Shown here in pieces: positions 38,633-48,135 of a stretch of 64,000 nucleotides of DNA. Position 1 is the first letter of the stretch. Every line of letters begins with the position of its first letter. Below the pieces are notes generated by a model, which saw only the letters and a list, made by a program, of their open reading frames with translations, was not told the origin of the DNA and made no database searches. Made by a program: the position numbers and the translations under genes. The DNA is from Candidatus Omnitrophota bacterium (GTDB lineage: Bacteria; Omnitrophota; Gorgyraeia; Zapsychrales; Zapsychraceae): NCBI GenBank assembly GCA_015233115.1, contig JADFYJ010000002.1, positions 111,216-175,215 on the forward strand. Direction: 5' to 3'.

Positions 38633-40012
38633 TTATTTTTCCCCTAATGTATATATGACCGATGTTGTATAATTTCCGGCATTAATTTCCGGATACGCCA
38701 ACAATCGATAAAAAATTTTAAACTGCGCTGAAGAACCCTTCGAATCTGAAAAATAAACCGGTGTTTCGGCAATGTCCGCGGAATTAAATTCCGTATCTTT
38801 CACGCGTCCGCTTTGATCCGGCAGGATTTCTTGTTTCGTGGTGAAATACCGCTTGTCAATGATCATACCGTGCTCATTTGTCAAAGGTGAAATAAAATGC
38901 TGTAAAACCACATACGGCTTGTTTAAGTTGCTTTCCACCTTTATCAACGCCTCGCGAACTTGCGGTGGAGAATCAGGAACAACTTTGCTGAAATTCATTC
39001 CTCCATCAGGAAATTGTACGTCTATTTTAAAGACCGGTTTAATGTCAATAACCAAATCCAAATCATAGGTTTTTTGCCATTCCACACTCTCGACTATGTA
39101 ACGCACGTTTCCTCGATACTTTCCTGCTTTTTGGGTATTGACTTGGTCCTTGTTTAAATCAAAAATTACCGCAATTTTTTCCGAATCCTGTTTTCCAGAA
39201 TAAACCAACACACGCTTGGAGGATATGCCGCTTAATGCCTGAACTACGGGTGAAGATGAAGCATTTTCCGTTCTAAAACGAAACGCGTCGTGAGAAATCA
39301 ACATTCCTTCATCATTGCGCGGATAAGTTGAAAATTCCTGGTAAATCCGCATATCCTGTCCGTGATTACCTTTAAACTCTATGTTGATGACATCAAAGTT
39401 GATACTTTTAGCATTGTAAGAACGGTCCTCTCGTTCCCGCAAATGGCCGCCGGTCACCTTCATTTCCAATTCGCTTGGCGCTTCGATATTAATGTTTAAA
39501 ATCGCTTCGCCCTGACCTGACCCACCGATAGTCCGCACTAAATATTGAATTCTGGAAGAAAAATTCCCTGATCCCCTTAATTGTTCCGGATCGATACGAT
39601 AAGCAATCGTAAATGAATCGCTCGCGCCTGATGGACTGGAAGAATATAGCAATTGATCTGATATACCAACCGTTTCAGGTACTTGCGCGTACATTGTGCC
39701 TGAGGCGCTGGATCCACTCACCGTATACGCCTTCATCACATTCGGCAGGAGCATGTCTCCCCGTTCATTCCTCAAGCTGTCGATCAGTCTCTGAAAAACC
39801 TGATATTTTCGGCCTTCTGATGAATTCACGCGGATTCTCACTTCTGAATTAACATTCAGACGCATCTGTGCGGATGTGAATTTGATGGTCTGTCCTCCCT
39901 GCACCGAAGAAGCGGATACACTGATTGCCGCTGCACTGTTGGAAGCAAAACTTCCCGCAGAAAAAAAACATACCACCCATATAAATAATAATTTTATTTT
40001 ATTTTGGATCAT
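38633..40012 (-). CDS. secreted protein with three tandem pilin-like domains
   Basis: Domain ends GNFSSRIQY, AGKYRGNVRY and AGNYTTSVIY. Confidence 0.6.
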   Translation of the reverse strand: MIQNKIKLLFIWVVCFFSAGSFASNSAAAISVSASSVQGGQTIKFTSAQMRLNVNSEVRIRVNSSEGRKYQVFQRLIDSLRNERGDMLLPNVMKAYTVSGSSASGTMYAQVPETVGISDQLLYSSSPSGASDSFTIAYRIDPEQLRGSGNFSSRIQYLVRTIGGSGQGEAILNINIEAPSELEMKVTGGHLREREDRSYNAKSINFDVINIEFKGNHGQDMRIYQEFSTYPRNDEGMLISHDAFRFRTENASSSPVVQALSGISSKRVLVYSGKQDSEKIAVIFDLNKDQVNTQKAGKYRGNVRYIVESVEWQKTYDLDLVIDIKPVFKIDVQFPDGGMNFSKVVPDSPPQVREALIKVESNLNKPYVVLQHFISPLTNEHGMIIDKRYFTTKQEILPDQSGRVKDTEFNSADIAETPVYFSDSKGSSAQFKIFYRLLAYPEINAGNYTTSVIYTLGEK

Positions 40013-40104
40013 GGAGCATCATCCTTTGTACGTCCAGTATAAGTTACGGATCTTAGACTGTCAATACACCCAAAAATTTATTTCAAAGAGCAGAAAAAAT
40101 TATA

Positions 40105-40764
40105 TCAATTGGTCGTGGTCGAAATGGTGAGTGTTCCCATATAGGTACCAGGTTTATCCGTTGAATAAAACGGTTCCCCCCCTCTGCTCATAAGATCTTT
40201 TTCTTGTCCACTCAGTAAACCGACATATAATCGTAAATATCCTCCCGTTAACAAAGTCTTACTAATCTGTTCGCCAGCAGATATTTCTTTAAAAATTTTC
40301 CAACCATGTCCGTCGATAGCTTGTTCTTTATTATTCACGACTTTAATAAAATTAACCATGCCTTTATATCCTAGGCCTTTTTTTTGCGAAGGAGGCATTG
40401 ATCCTTCAGTATAACGAATAGTGACATTCACGCTTCCTGCTCCGCCAACTGGACTAACATTGATCGCGAAATATTTAGGAGCAATCCAAATTTTATTATC
40501 AGAATCAAAAAGCAAATTCCCAAAATACAAGCTGTCCACTGCAGAAGACCAATCGATATTAACCACTGATGTTTTGGAACTTAAACCTGAACTCATACTA
40601 CTACTTCCCGTTGCTATAGCAAATGCCTCAATTTTCGCGCCCGTAGCCGCAGGAACAGTCGCGGAAATTTGAAAATTAATCGGTTCTGCCGCTGGTGTTG
40701 CAAAAGCGGCAGACGCTATAGCCAAAATAAAAAAAATAAATAAAAAAATTTTTTTCATTTTCAT
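40105..40764 (-). CDS. pilin-like subunit, paralog of 37957-38583
   Basis: Shared KGLGY, G..R.Y.G and G.Y.GTLT.S.T.N blocks; start moved to MKMKKIF. Confidence 0.65.
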   Translation of the reverse strand: MKMKKIFLFIFFILAIASAAFATPAAEPINFQISATVPAATGAKIEAFAIATGSSSMSSGLSSKTSVVNIDWSSAVDSLYFGNLLFDSDNKIWIAPKYFAINVSPVGGAGSVNVTIRYTEGSMPPSQKKGLGYKGMVNFIKVVNNKEQAIDGHGWKIFKEISAGEQISKTLLTGGYLRLYVGLLSGQEKDLMSRGGEPFYSTDKPGTYMGTLTISTTTN

Positions 40765-40904
40765 GTTTTTTCTCGCATAAAAATATTTAAAAACGATTAG
40801 ATTTTGATATTGAATATATTTCCGTGGCACCAAAAGTATAAAATATATATAAGAAGGTGTCAAGGGCAAGCAAGAAAATTGGCCCAATCTTAAATGTAAC
40901 AATA

Positions 40905-42215
40905 TCAATGAGTTACATGTTCAGCCTTTAAAATATACGCAGACGCGGCGGTAATTCGGACAGGCAAACACATTGAGGGCTTAATATTGGCATGAGGCAA
41001 GATAACCAATTTATTCGTATCGGTCCTGGCTTCCCAATCATCCGGAGATTTAGATGTGCCTTTTTGTTCAATCAAAACTTCCTGAATCTGACCAATCAAC
41101 TCTCGGTTTTTTTGAGTGGAAGTTTCTTTTTGAAGCGCGTTAAGTAAAACAATCCGCCGGGTTTTTTCTTTTTCTGAGACGTCATCCGGGTATTTTTTCG
41201 ACGCCAATGTCCCTTCCCTTTGTGAATATTTAAAAATAAAAGCCGCGTCAAATTCAACCTGTTTCATCACCTTAACTGTGTCTTCAAATTCATCATCTGT
41301 TTCTGTCGGGAATCCCACGATAATATCCGTTGTTATCGCTAACTGCGGGCACACTTTTCGAAACTTCTTAATCTGTTCCATAAATTGCTTCTGCGTATAA
41401 TGCCGGTTCATTAATTTCAAAATACGATTATTCCCGGACTGAAGCGGAAAATGAATATGTTTACAGATCTTAGGATCCTGAGCGATCAAATCAATCAAAT
41501 GGGGTGGAAAATCTTTAGGGTTCGGTGACATGAACCGGATACGACGGATCCCTTTGATCTGACTGACCATTTGCAATAATTGCGTAAAATCCACGCCATC
41601 ATAATTATAAGAATTCACATTCTGTCCCAGCAAAGTCACCTGCGGATATCCTTCGTCAGCCAGTTTCTTGACCTCATCAACTATGCTCGCCGAAGAACGA
41701 CTGCGTTCGCGGCCGCGCGTATACGGCACCACGCAGAATGAACAAAAATTATTGCACCCGCGCATAATCGAAACCCACGCGTTCACGCCAGGTTTACGCT
41801 TCGGATAAATTTCTTCATAAGTTTCAATATCAGAAAGAACAAAATCAGCCGGCCGCTCATGCTTAATCCCCTGACGGATTAAGTCAGGAAGTTTTTTATA
41901 ACTATCCGGCCCAGCAAAAAAATCCGCCCTGAATTTCTTATCCGCCAGCAAATGATCTTTTTCATGGCTGGCAATGCACCCCAATAACCCGATGATCGGC
42001 GATTTCTTGCCTTTAAACCGATGCCGGATCTCACAAATCTCCCCTTTAATCTTCCGCTGAGCATTATCCCGCACCGAGCAAGTATTCAACAAAATAATAT
42101 CCGCAGCCTCTTCTTTATCGACAAAGGCAAATCCGTCCGCTCTCAATATCGATTCGATCAATTCCGAATCATATTCGTTCATTTGGCAGCCATATGTCCT
42201 CAAAAATATTTTCAT
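40905..42215 (-). CDS. miaB: tRNA-2-methylthio-N6-dimethylallyladenosine synthase
   Basis: TYGCQMN.YDS, NTCSVR, GCNNFCSFCVVPYTRGRERSR motifs and TRAM domain. Confidence 0.96.
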   Translation of the reverse strand: MKIFLRTYGCQMNEYDSELIESILRADGFAFVDKEEAADIILLNTCSVRDNAQRKIKGEICEIRHRFKGKKSPIIGLLGCIASHEKDHLLADKKFRADFFAGPDSYKKLPDLIRQGIKHERPADFVLSDIETYEEIYPKRKPGVNAWVSIMRGCNNFCSFCVVPYTRGRERSRSSASIVDEVKKLADEGYPQVTLLGQNVNSYNYDGVDFTQLLQMVSQIKGIRRIRFMSPNPKDFPPHLIDLIAQDPKICKHIHFPLQSGNNRILKLMNRHYTQKQFMEQIKKFRKVCPQLAITTDIIVGFPTETDDEFEDTVKVMKQVEFDAAFIFKYSQREGTLASKKYPDDVSEKEKTRRIVLLNALQKETSTQKNRELIGQIQEVLIEQKGTSKSPDDWEARTDTNKLVILPHANIKPSMCLPVRITAASAYILKAEHVTH

Positions 42216-42384
42216 AATAGCCCTCCAGAAACGACATATAGGTCGTGCCGTTTCCACAATTTTAATACTAGAAAAACTGGCCAGCCGTAGGTGCGAGAAA
42301 TATTTTTTTCTTTAGGCTGGCTTTCCATTAAATCCGAACGCATGCTTATCTCGAGATTAAGAGTCCATCGATCTTAAAAACATT

Positions 42385-42819
42385 AGATCCTTCGCCAATA
42401 AGGCTCAGGATGACACGTTGTGTTCTGAAATAAAACTCAGGACAATATATGTCGTCATTCTGAGAAGCGCAGCGCCGAAGAATCTAAACCAACCCCTCGG
42501 ACAAATCTTTCCATTCTGAATTATTAGCTTTGATTAAGTCGATTTTCTTGCTCCGCAACCAACCTTTAATCTGCTTCTCTCGCGTTATCGCATTTATCAT
42601 GTCATCAAATACTTCAAAATAAACCAACTTATTCACATTATATTTCTTAGTAAATCCATCTACCAGTTTATTCTTATGCTCATATATTCTTTTGAGCAAA
42701 ACACTGGTCACGCCCGTATACAGGACTTTATTATTCGCGTTCGTTAAAATATAAACATATCCGTGTTTTTCAGTCATAATTCAGATTCTTCCGTTCACTA
42801 TGTTCAGTGTCAGAATGAC
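42385..42819. mobile_element. GIY-YIG gene flanked by GTCATTCTGA...GAAGAATCT inverted repeats
   Basis: GTCATTCTGAG...CGAAGAATCT (42454-42485), AGATTCTTC...TCAGAATGAC (42783-42819), extra copy at 42385-42414. Confidence 0.7.
42484..42777 (-). CDS. small GIY-YIG nuclease family protein
   Basis: YVYIL...LYTGVT..L..R..EHK, AITREKQIK.W.R..K and N..W.DL motifs. Confidence 0.93.
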   Translation of the reverse strand: MTEKHGYVYILTNANNKVLYTGVTSVLLKRIYEHKNKLVDGFTKKYNVNKLVYFEVFDDMINAITREKQIKGWLRSKKIDLIKANNSEWKDLSEGLV

Positions 42820-43322
42820 AACTTACGTCTACTCATTCGAGGGAGCAATTCCGAGACCATCATACTTATCTCACCAATTAAATTTTGAACGGTACGCTGT
42901 AATGACTTTAAATTTTCTGTTTGTTCTTTCAGACGCTTATCATTAATAGTATAACCTTGAATCAAATGCTGTTTTAAAACATTCGTCGCCCAAATGCGGA
43001 ATTGCGTGCCACGTTTTGATTTAACCCTATAACCAACCGAGATAATAACGTCTAAATTATAGAATACCGTGTCATAGGTCTTGCCGTCGCTGGCAGTTAT
43101 CCGGAAATTCCGGATAACTGAAGTTTTGCTTAATTCTTTCTCTTTAAAGATATTAATAATATGTTCGTTAATCGTACGAACATCTTTATCAAAAAGAGCG
43201 GCCATCTGCTTTTGAGAAAGCCAGACAGTTTCCTCTTTCAACTGGACTTCCAAAGTCGCATTCTCTCCCTTGGGACGAAAAATAACCACATTACCTAAAT
43301 TTGATGTGTCTATTTTATTCAT
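42810..43322 (-). CDS. RhuM-like protein (N-terminal domain), probably truncated
   Basis: ETVWLSQKQMA.LF, YNLDVIISVGYRV.S.RGTQFR.WA motifs; ends inside the repeat. Confidence 0.8.
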   Translation of the reverse strand: MNKIDTSNLGNVVIFRPKGENATLEVQLKEETVWLSQKQMAALFDKDVRTINEHIINIFKEKELSKTSVIRNFRITASDGKTYDTVFYNLDVIISVGYRVKSKRGTQFRIWATNVLKQHLIQGYTINDKRLKEQTENLKSLQRTVQNLIGEISMMVSELLPRMSRRKLSF

Positions 43323-43390
43323 AAATTCTCCTTAAAAATTCAACTAAAGTCATATAATATTGCACCCATCGGAGCCATAGGTTTGAAAAA

Positions 43391-43647
43391 CTAATCCAAG
43401 GCCAAAGCAAATTTTATGGCTTTATCAACAGCATGCATTTTTTCAGCTTTAAGGGCGCAAATTCTTTCCGTTAGGATGGATTTTCTAATAGTCGTAATAG
43501 TATCTAAATCCGCAACGCATAATTCGGGCAAGCCATCTTTTTTATTGAGAGGTATTTCAACAGGGATATTCCGAACTGTGGTCGTTATTTGCGCTACAGG
43601 CACAGCGTTGCGCACATTGTAAGCTTCGTCATTTCGCCTCGTCTCAT
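43391..43647 (-). pseudogene. MazF/PemK-type toxin with an internal frameshifting deletion
   Basis: ATG overlaps the antitoxin stop and reads MRRGE; the body (DEAYNVRNAV.VAQITT...) is in another frame; the RP catalytic segment is absent. Confidence 0.8.
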
Positions 43648-43901
43648 TTCAATCCCTCCTCTATAAATGCATCAGCAGAAAGTTCCTCCATCGCCTTTAC
43701 CTCATTTATAGATTCGGGTTGGTGACGATACCTCTCCTCATACTGTTCTACCATCTTTTGTTTTTCTCGATTGTCTAACCAAAACCGAATAGCTGTATCA
43801 ATCAGAAAGCTTCTTTGTTCTCCTGATTCTTTACGAATTTTCTCGATACGTTTTAAATCCTCAGCAGGTAAACTGATCGCGATTTTTGTAGCTTTAATCA
43901 T
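43644..43901 (-). CDS. ribbon-helix-helix (CopG/EndoAI-like) antitoxin
   Basis: KIAISLP.E.L..IE.......RS..I..A pattern; coupled to the toxin by an ATGA overlap. Confidence 0.8.
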   Translation of the reverse strand: MIKATKIAISLPAEDLKRIEKIRKESGEQRSFLIDTAIRFWLDNREKQKMVEQYEERYRHQPESINEVKAMEELSADAFIEEGLK

Positions 43902-43987
43902 ATGTGTTTCTTTTCCTACTAACAGTATAATATATTTCATATCAATAGGAAAAATATTTTAAAACCTATAAACACTTATTTTTTCAT

Positions 43988-44623
43988 TTATGTATCCAGC
44001 CTTGTCACCTTAAACTTTACTTTCCCTCCGTCCGGACACGTTGTGCCGGTTTTACAATTCGGATTTTTTTCAAACGAAAAAGTGGCACCGAAATTCATTG
44101 CGAATAAAATCGGAAATAACAAATGATAAGCCGCTCCGCAGAAGCCGTCAGGGGTTTTAAGCCCAGTGACTTCCCATTTATCTCCGACTTTGTAGCCATA
44201 ATGACAGGTATTATCACTGTATTCGACTTCGATCAGCATTTTTTTCGGTTTAGGGCCGGTGGGTTTTACTGTCTGCGGAACAACGACCACTTTGCCGTCT
44301 TTATCTAAAAGTTCGATTTTAAAAGCCATTTTCCCGCCGTCCGGACAGGTATTAATGATCGACGCGGTATTTTCCATAAATGGAAATCTGCCGCCGAACG
44401 TTAAAGCGTGCATGGCCGGAAACGCGGCATGCGCGATGCCTAAACAAAAATGTTCCGGCGCATGAGTAAAATCTTTTAAAATAAACTCATCGCCGACTTT
44501 GTAATTGTGGTAACAAAAATTATTATCATTTTTGACTACAGTAAATTTAAGTTGAGGAAAAGTCATGCCGCCTAATTTAGTATCTTTTTCTTTTTGATTT
44601 TGATGACAATTTTCTGTGCACAT
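43988..44623 (-). CDS. tandem TIGR04076-like Cys-motif protein
   Basis: Two repeats of C..xYKVGD.....FC..A....FP.......G..F......CPDGGK..FK. Confidence 0.75.
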   Translation of the reverse strand: MCTENCHQNQKEKDTKLGGMTFPQLKFTVVKNDNNFCYHNYKVGDEFILKDFTHAPEHFCLGIAHAAFPAMHALTFGGRFPFMENTASIINTCPDGGKMAFKIELLDKDGKVVVVPQTVKPTGPKPKKMLIEVEYSDNTCHYGYKVGDKWEVTGLKTPDGFCGAAYHLLFPILFAMNFGATFSFEKNPNCKTGTTCPDGGKVKFKVTRLDT

Positions 44624-44664
44624 AATAAACCTTTCACGTTAAAAGATGAGTTGTTTTAATTGAA

Positions 44665-45906
44665 TCATTGGCCCGCTCCCATATAATTTAGTTTCTCCCA
44701 CATTATTTTAGAAATAATTTTATTACTTTTAGGGCCATAATGTACACCATCACGAGCAAAATCAAACTGATCAGGAGGTAATTTTAAAAAATCGTCCATT
44801 AAATTTAAGCAAATAATGCCCTTCTTTTCGCTCAAAGAGACCATGTCAACATATTGCCTACGAAAAAGTGGGTCAGTGGCATATTTTCTTATATCCTGCG
44901 CCGTGGGAAGATAGACCAAAATAAATTTTTTATTATCCCCGTTCGCTTCAGTATTTATCTTTTCAAATATTTTTTGTGTAACGATTATAGCTTCAGAATT
45001 ATTGTTCATCATATTTTTAAATAAATTTTTTTTCTGAAACTGACAAATTACCGTTGCCAATAATTTATAAGATATCAACCCTCCAATAAAAGGCGGAGAT
45101 TCATACTTTGCCGTAAAATATGACCGGTCATAAGCCCGAAGATAATTTTTCAGGACATCACTGCAATCAGAAAAATTATTTCGTTGTAAATCCTCATAGG
45201 TTTTATATGGTCTTGAGATCAATTCTAACTTGTTTTGCCTTACGATGAACCGGGAAAACAGCGGGTAATTTTCCCAACCGTCAAGCTGTCTTAAAACGTT
45301 AATATCTCTCCATAAATCCAAGCCTGGAACAAAAACCAACACAGCCACATCATAGTCAATTTTATTTCGTAAATTTTCATATCTCAAAAACGACTGGCCC
45401 ATGCTGTAACCATCCACGCCCAAATTTACAAATTCTAAATTATCGCTTTTTTGGTTGAGAAAAAAAGGCCAGGTTTCCTCTTGAGGAACTCGGCTACAAT
45501 TGGTGAATGAATCACCAAAAATTATAATCCTTTTTTTGCCAGGCAATATATTTTTCGATATATCTTCTCTGGCCCGCGCTCCCCAATTATTGGATTGCCA
45601 CCAGCCGTTACGTGATACCGCGTTTTCAACTGGAACAAAACCCAGAACCGGGTCTTCTTTCAAAATACCCCACAAATCACCTTTGGTCATTTGCTGACCA
45701 TCGACAACCCAGCCCACTGCCAGTTGATCATAATCAGCCTGAAATTTATCGCCAAAAGTTATCTTAAACGGAGGCAATTCTTTACCCCAAAGCACCCCGT
45801 AACACTTCGGCGATGGCTTAATAAACGGTCTGGTTCCAAGTTCAAATATCAATAAAAAAAGAAATATTGAACTGACAGCCAAAATGATATTTTTAGAAAT
45901 TTTCAT
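44665..45906 (-). CDS. membrane-anchored SGNH/GDSL hydrolase
   Basis: FGDSFT, NLGVDGY and DGVH motifs; N-terminal TM. Confidence 0.85.
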   Translation of the reverse strand: MKISKNIILAVSSIFLFLLIFELGTRPFIKPSPKCYGVLWGKELPPFKITFGDKFQADYDQLAVGWVVDGQQMTKGDLWGILKEDPVLGFVPVENAVSRNGWWQSNNWGARAREDISKNILPGKKRIIIFGDSFTNCSRVPQEETWPFFLNQKSDNLEFVNLGVDGYSMGQSFLRYENLRNKIDYDVAVLVFVPGLDLWRDINVLRQLDGWENYPLFSRFIVRQNKLELISRPYKTYEDLQRNNFSDCSDVLKNYLRAYDRSYFTAKYESPPFIGGLISYKLLATVICQFQKKNLFKNMMNNNSEAIIVTQKIFEKINTEANGDNKKFILVYLPTAQDIRKYATDPLFRRQYVDMVSLSEKKGIICLNLMDDFLKLPPDQFDFARDGVHYGPKSNKIISKIMWEKLNYMGAGQ

Positions 45907-45980
45907 TTTTATCAATTTAATAATTATTTTGCTTCTGGCGGAAAATAAACCTCAACAGGCCTCCGCTACCATTTTCGCAT

Positions 45981-46000
45981 ATAGTTAACACATCAACTAT
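45981..46000. promoter_or_regulatory. putative MarR operator (copy 2)
   Basis: ATAGTTAACACATCAACTAT, similar to the box at 46524. Confidence 0.6.
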
Positions 46001-46014
46001 ATATTAAAAAAACT

Positions 46015-46485
46015 TTAATCTTTTAACGAGCGAAACCATTTGATCATCATTTCTGATAAAATCTTCTGCTCTGTCCCAGATAATTTATCCGTAATCTCTT
46101 TCATGGTTTTCATATACTCAGGCCAGGCCTGATCCAAAATCTGCGCCCCGCGTTTTGATATCCGCGCGACTTTAATTCTACGGTCTCCATCTCGGCCAAA
46201 CCGTTCGATTAATTTTTCCCGTTCCAATTTATCCAGAAGCCGCGTCATATTCGACGCTGTTACCATTAGACGCTTCCCTATTTCCATCTGGCTTAAGCCT
46301 TCCTGCCCCCCCTGATGTTTAATAATCATCAGCACGTTCATCTTGGCAGGAGTTAAGTCGAAAGTATCCAAAGTTTTAGCGACTTTGTCAAAAAGCACAG
46401 TATAAACCAGCACCAGCCCGTAAAAGGCTTCTTCATAATATCTGCCCTTCCCTGCTTCTATGCCAAATGCCTGTAAGTCGTCCAT
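46015..46485 (-). CDS. MarR family transcriptional regulator
   Basis: LSQ.EIG..L.VT.SNMTRLLDKLE...LI.R....DRR motif; start moved to MDDLQ. Confidence 0.92.
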   Translation of the reverse strand: MDDLQAFGIEAGKGRYYEEAFYGLVLVYTVLFDKVAKTLDTFDLTPAKMNVLMIIKHQGGQEGLSQMEIGKRLMVTASNMTRLLDKLEREKLIERFGRDGDRRIKVARISKRGAQILDQAWPEYMKTMKEITDKLSGTEQKILSEMMIKWFRSLKD

Positions 46486-46523
46486 AGGTCCATCTCCATT
46501 TCTAAATAAAGCATAATATACAA

Positions 46524-46541
46524 TAGTTGACATGTCAACTA
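46524..46541. promoter_or_regulatory. putative MarR operator (copy 1)
   Basis: Perfect 18-bp palindrome TAGTTGACATGTCAACTA just upstream of marR. Confidence 0.7.
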
Positions 46542-46583
46542 ATTTATTTGCTATCCAATTCTCAAATGCTATTCCCCTTTACC

Positions 46584-48116
46584 CTACTGAGACGATTTTG
46601 ATTTTTGCTTGACAGATGATACATTATCCTGCGGCATCAGCGCTTCCGAAGTATTAAATTCAGCCGTTTTAAATTGCGCCACCATATTCCGCAAAGCCTC
46701 AGCCTGAGCTGCCATTTGTTCAGCTGACGCAGCCAACTCTTCCGCAGAAGCAGCATTAGCTTCTGTGATTGAGGTATTTTGTTCCGTAGCCGCAGCCTGT
46801 TCTTGAGTCGCGTCGGCAATGTTTTGTAATTCCTGGGCTATTTTTTTAACATTCGCAATGATCGTTATGGTAGTCTCAGCCGCAGCTTGCGAAACCTGCA
46901 CTCCGCAATTAACCTGTTTAAAATTTTCTTTCAACAAATTTCTAATATCTTTAGCGGATGCCGCGCTTCTTTCTGACAATTTTCTGACCTCATCCGCGAC
47001 TACGGCAAAACCTTTGCCATATTCCCCAGCACGCGCCGCTTCAATAGCAGCGTTCAAAGCCAACAAATTAGTCTGTTCCGCGATATCCGTAATAAGATTA
47101 GCCGCTACAGCCATTTGCTTGGAGCCTTTCTCAATCACCCCCATAGCATCAATCGTATTATCCATAGCTTGTTCATTTTTACCTGCTTCTTTGAATACTT
47201 CCTGAGCCGTATGATTCGCTATTTTCGCATTATCCGCGTTTGTCTGCACCGAAGCGGCCAACTCTTCAAAACTCGCTGACTGTTGCTGTGCCCCATCGGA
47301 TATCTGCTGTGATCCACCTGAAACCTCTCCAGACACAGACAAAAGCTGTTCCGCGGAGGAACGAATGCGCGTAATGATCTCTCCTATCTTCTTGACAAAA
47401 ACATTAAACCGTGACGCCAATTCACCCATTTCATCTTTTGAATTTGTCTCAATAGACGTGGAAAGATCACCCGTGCTCAGCTGATCAGCAAACTCACCCA
47501 TTCGTAAAATTGGTTTCATGATCAACCGGTTGAATAATATAAAAATCGCTCCAATCACGATCAGGATCACGATAATTTGAAATGATCCGATCTTCACCAT
47601 ACTTTGCATCATCTCATCCAAACTGGACTGATAAGAAATCGTCATACTGGTAGCCGCGATGACCTCACCCTCTTTAGCGCTGGTGTGGCAGGAAAGACAC
47701 GCTTTGTTTATTATGATTGGCACAACCCTGCGTATACCCCTAAGTTTATTGATGCGGTCTTCCCTGGTTATTTCTTTTCCAGTCTGCAAAACTTTTTTGT
47801 CAATATCATCCTGGGGCTCCCGCCCTTCTTTCTTTCCCACTTCATCATTAAGGGCCGAACTTCTTATAATCCTAAGCTCCTCAACTGACTTAAATTGACG
47901 GGCTTTATCTATATACCCATCCAAAGCTGGCTGCTGACCGCTAGCCATGAAACTATACACAGCTTCTTGAACCGAACTGGATAAATTAGTAACCCCAATG
48001 GTCGCTTGGTGTACCGTCGTTCTGTAGAATGAAAAAACTGTCCAAGTTATCCCCACCCCTAAACCAGCCAACAAAACCGCCGAAATAGTCAGCATAAATT
48101 TTGTTTTTATTTTCAT
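46584..48116 (-). CDS. methyl-accepting chemotaxis protein with a periplasmic c-type heme sensor
   Basis: TM-sensor(CLSCH)-TM-HAMP, then [30 protein letters not shown]; start moved to MKIKTK (AGGAG RBS). Confidence 0.92.
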   Translation of the reverse strand: MKIKTKFMLTISAVLLAGLGVGITWTVFSFYRTTVHQATIGVTNLSSSVQEAVYSFMASGQQPALDGYIDKARQFKSVEELRIIRSSALNDEVGKKEGREPQDDIDKKVLQTGKEITREDRINKLRGIRRVVPIIINKACLSCHTSAKEGEVIAATSMTISYQSSLDEMMQSMVKIGSFQIIVILIVIGAIFILFNRLIMKPILRMGEFADQLSTGDLSTSIETNSKDEMGELASRFNVFVKKIGEIITRIRSSAEQLLSVSGEVSGGSQQISDGAQQQSASFEELAASVQTNADNAKIANHTAQEVFKEAGKNEQAMDNTIDAMGVIEKGSKQMAVAANLITDIAEQTNLLALNAAIEAARAGEYGKGFAVVADEVRKLSERSAASAKDIRNLLKENFKQVNCGVQVSQAAAETTITIIANVKKIAQELQNIADATQEQAAATEQNTSITEANAASAEELAASAEQMAAQAEALRNMVAQFKTAEFNTSEALMPQDNVSSVKQKSKSSQ

Positions 48117-48135
48117 ATTTTCTCTCCTGCTGTAG

